From Vicugna vicugna (taxonomy: Eukaryota), in contig MU058259.1 in the NCBI GenBank assembly GCA_013265495.1, forward strand, positions 390,437 through 439,020: 48,584 nt of DNA, in the 5' to 3' direction. The notes under the pieces are model-generated. The model was not told the DNA's origin. It searched no databases and saw only the letters and a list, made by a program, of their open reading frames with translations. The position numbers and the translations under genes are program-made. This document shows, piece after piece, positions 46,620 to 48,584 of this stretch (position 1 is its first letter; every line of letters starts with the position of its first letter).

Positions 46620-46815
46620 AGCTTTAGAGCTGCAGAGTCTGGGTTAAGTTCCCACCTCCGCCTCCTACTGGCTGTATGACTTCAGTCAAGTCACTTAACC
46701 TCTCCGCCCCCATTTCCTGATCTGTAAAATGGGAGTGAGACAGTATCCTCGAGTACGAGTACGCACGTGCGGGGCCCCGAGGACAGAGCGCTTCATAAAT
46801 GAGTTTCTATTATAC
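46620..46815 (+). mobile_element. MIR
   Basis: ctgggttaagttcccacctccgcc...caagtcacttaacctctcc...catttcctgatctgtaaaatggg. Confidence 0.9.
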
Positions 46816-47860
46816 TTGTTTACCGATAGTAACAGAGGAGTGAGGCCAACACAGCGCAGGTCGTGGAAATGCCTGATTTACAAAGCCTTTCACTGCAGCT
46901 AGTATATTTTTAGATTCCACTTTGCTCCACATAGATGGGTTTCTAGCCAGGCACTGCTCTGCTCCTCCAGACTACTGATGAATAGCTGAAGCGACATAAA
47001 TGTCATCTCATTGTCCCTTTGGCCTGAGAAAAGGGTTGATCTCTCCAACATCAGCTGGAAAATGGACGAGTTAGAAAAGGAGTAAAAGAGACGAGACTGG
47101 GAGAAAAAACTTCAAGGGCAAGATCTCTGTTTTGGGTTCGTCGTCTGTAAAACCGTGAGTCAGGTGCCTTTCATGTGGGGGCTGATGATACCAGGCACAT
47201 GCCCAGGGCCTGTAAGTGGGAGGGGAACATGGTCACCATTCCCTTCCTCTTCTGCGGTGGACAGGCCCCCAGGGTGGGCATGGGGATGGGGTGGGAGGGA
47301 GGACAGGCTGTGTCCAGAGGCTGCCGCCCAGCCCCAGGGCCCACTGCAGGCCATGCCCCAGGGGAGGCTTCGTAGTGGGCCCGTGGGCCTGTGCAGCCCC
47401 AGAAGCCTGCAGCCTGGTGAGCAGGGCAACGGGCCCTTATGCCCAGGAAACCTTAAAAAGCTGTATACTCCCTTTATCAAACCCTTCCTATAAATTTCTG
47501 ATGTCTCAGAGAAGAGAAATCTACTATTTGAGTTAGAAATATAAATTCGCTTGACAAGAGATAACAGCAGTTTCTATTGTCAATGAGACAGTTTTCTTGG
47601 GTGCCCTTTAAACACAATCTCCCACGTGGGCAACCTTTCAGGAACACAGCTACTAAATGCACCCGGGGCAACTGTGTTTGAAATAAGTACAGAAAAGGAT
47701 TTTGGAGGTGAGTATAGAAAAGGAATCGCTCATCCTGTGTAAGAGCTGCTGACCTCTCCAGCACAGGAAGAGGAGCCTCTGTAGCAAAAAAAAAAAATCA
47801 TCTAAAAGTCAAAACAGCTGCTTCTCTGCGCCCTGGCCCCACGCCGTCTGAGCCGAGGGA

Positions 47861-47879
47861 CAGCGCCCTCTGCCGGCAG
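47861..47879 (-). promoter_or_regulatory. Candidate CTCF site
   Basis: The minus strand reads ctgCCGGCAGAGGGCGCTG, close to the CCASYAGRKGGCRSY core, inside a CpG-dense patch. Confidence 0.65.
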
Positions 47880-48584
47880 CCACGGCGACAACAGGGCCGT
47901 CCCGCACGGAGTGGTCGGGACACAGACACCCGGCTAGTGTCTGGAGGAAGCTGGTTTGAGGGCATCTTAGATCATGCATGGAAGGATCCAGACTGAAAAT
48001 CCTCAAGGGCCCAGGTTTTCAGGAAGGAGCCTCCTCACCCTCTAGTAACGGAAAACTGTGTTCCAGGAAGCCAGAGAGAGGCTCTCCGGCCCAGGCCTTT
48101 CCAGCTTCTCTTACAGGTGGAAATAGGAGCGGAGGTACGCCGCTTGCTGCACAGGGTATGGAGCTGAAGCCACGACCTCGACGTTCGTGGGGATGAGAAA
48201 AATAGAGCTGAGAAAGGTTGGTGGGGCTCTGGGGATGCAACAGAGAGGACAATGGAAAGAGAGGTCCTCAAGGGAGCTGGAAGAGGAAGGGTGGGCGAGC
48301 TGTGGAGCCCAGACTCCAGCCACTGCCCCTGAGGGAGGGCGGCCAGGGCACTGGTCACTGTTCCCGACCCTGGCTGCACCCAGAATCGCCGGGGGAGCTG
48401 TAACAGCTTCTGAAGGGCCCAGCTCTGCTCTCCATGCAGTGCCCAGCACAGAAGTGGTGACCATCTGTGTTCTCTTTGTAAAGATGGAAAGGCCCAAGGA
48501 GGCACAGAGCACAGCCTGCGTCCCAGTGGTCGTGAAACTGGATCCCTCCCACTGGCTCCTTGACGCCGAGATGGGGGGTGGGGG

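Noticed and set aside
1..48584. A novel multi-gene system, prokaryotic element or intact retroviral/transposase ORF
   Set aside because: Only one credible CDS (RAI2) is present, and all mobile elements are short, degraded, non-autonomous fragments.

Overview
This is mammalian genomic DNA, not microbial. It is almost certainly camelid (camel/alpaca/llama), judging by a camelid-type tRNA-derived SINE at about 28173-28288. The window holds about 36 kb of the long 5'-UTR intron of the X-linked gene RAI2 (retinoic acid induced 2), its single coding and terminal exon on the + strand (acceptor ends 36097, ATG 36122, TGA 37711, 529 aa, AATAAA at 38032 and 38058), and about 10 kb of downstream sequence. 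The first exon and main promoter are not evident in the window. The rest is mostly ancient repeats (MIR, L2, L1M, MER5, MER20, MER94, Charlie-like, MLT1, LTR16) and simple repeats; family names are by eye and boundaries approximate. I found no new multi-gene system, and all other ORFs in the track look spurious. The best leads are a Pol-eta-like PCNA-binding (PIP) motif at the RAI2 C-terminus, an in-frame 150-nt exitron in the CDS, an intronic CAG|GTAAGT site that may be a recursive splice site or add an in-frame N-terminal extension, and a strong CTCF motif in a CpG-dense patch downstream.
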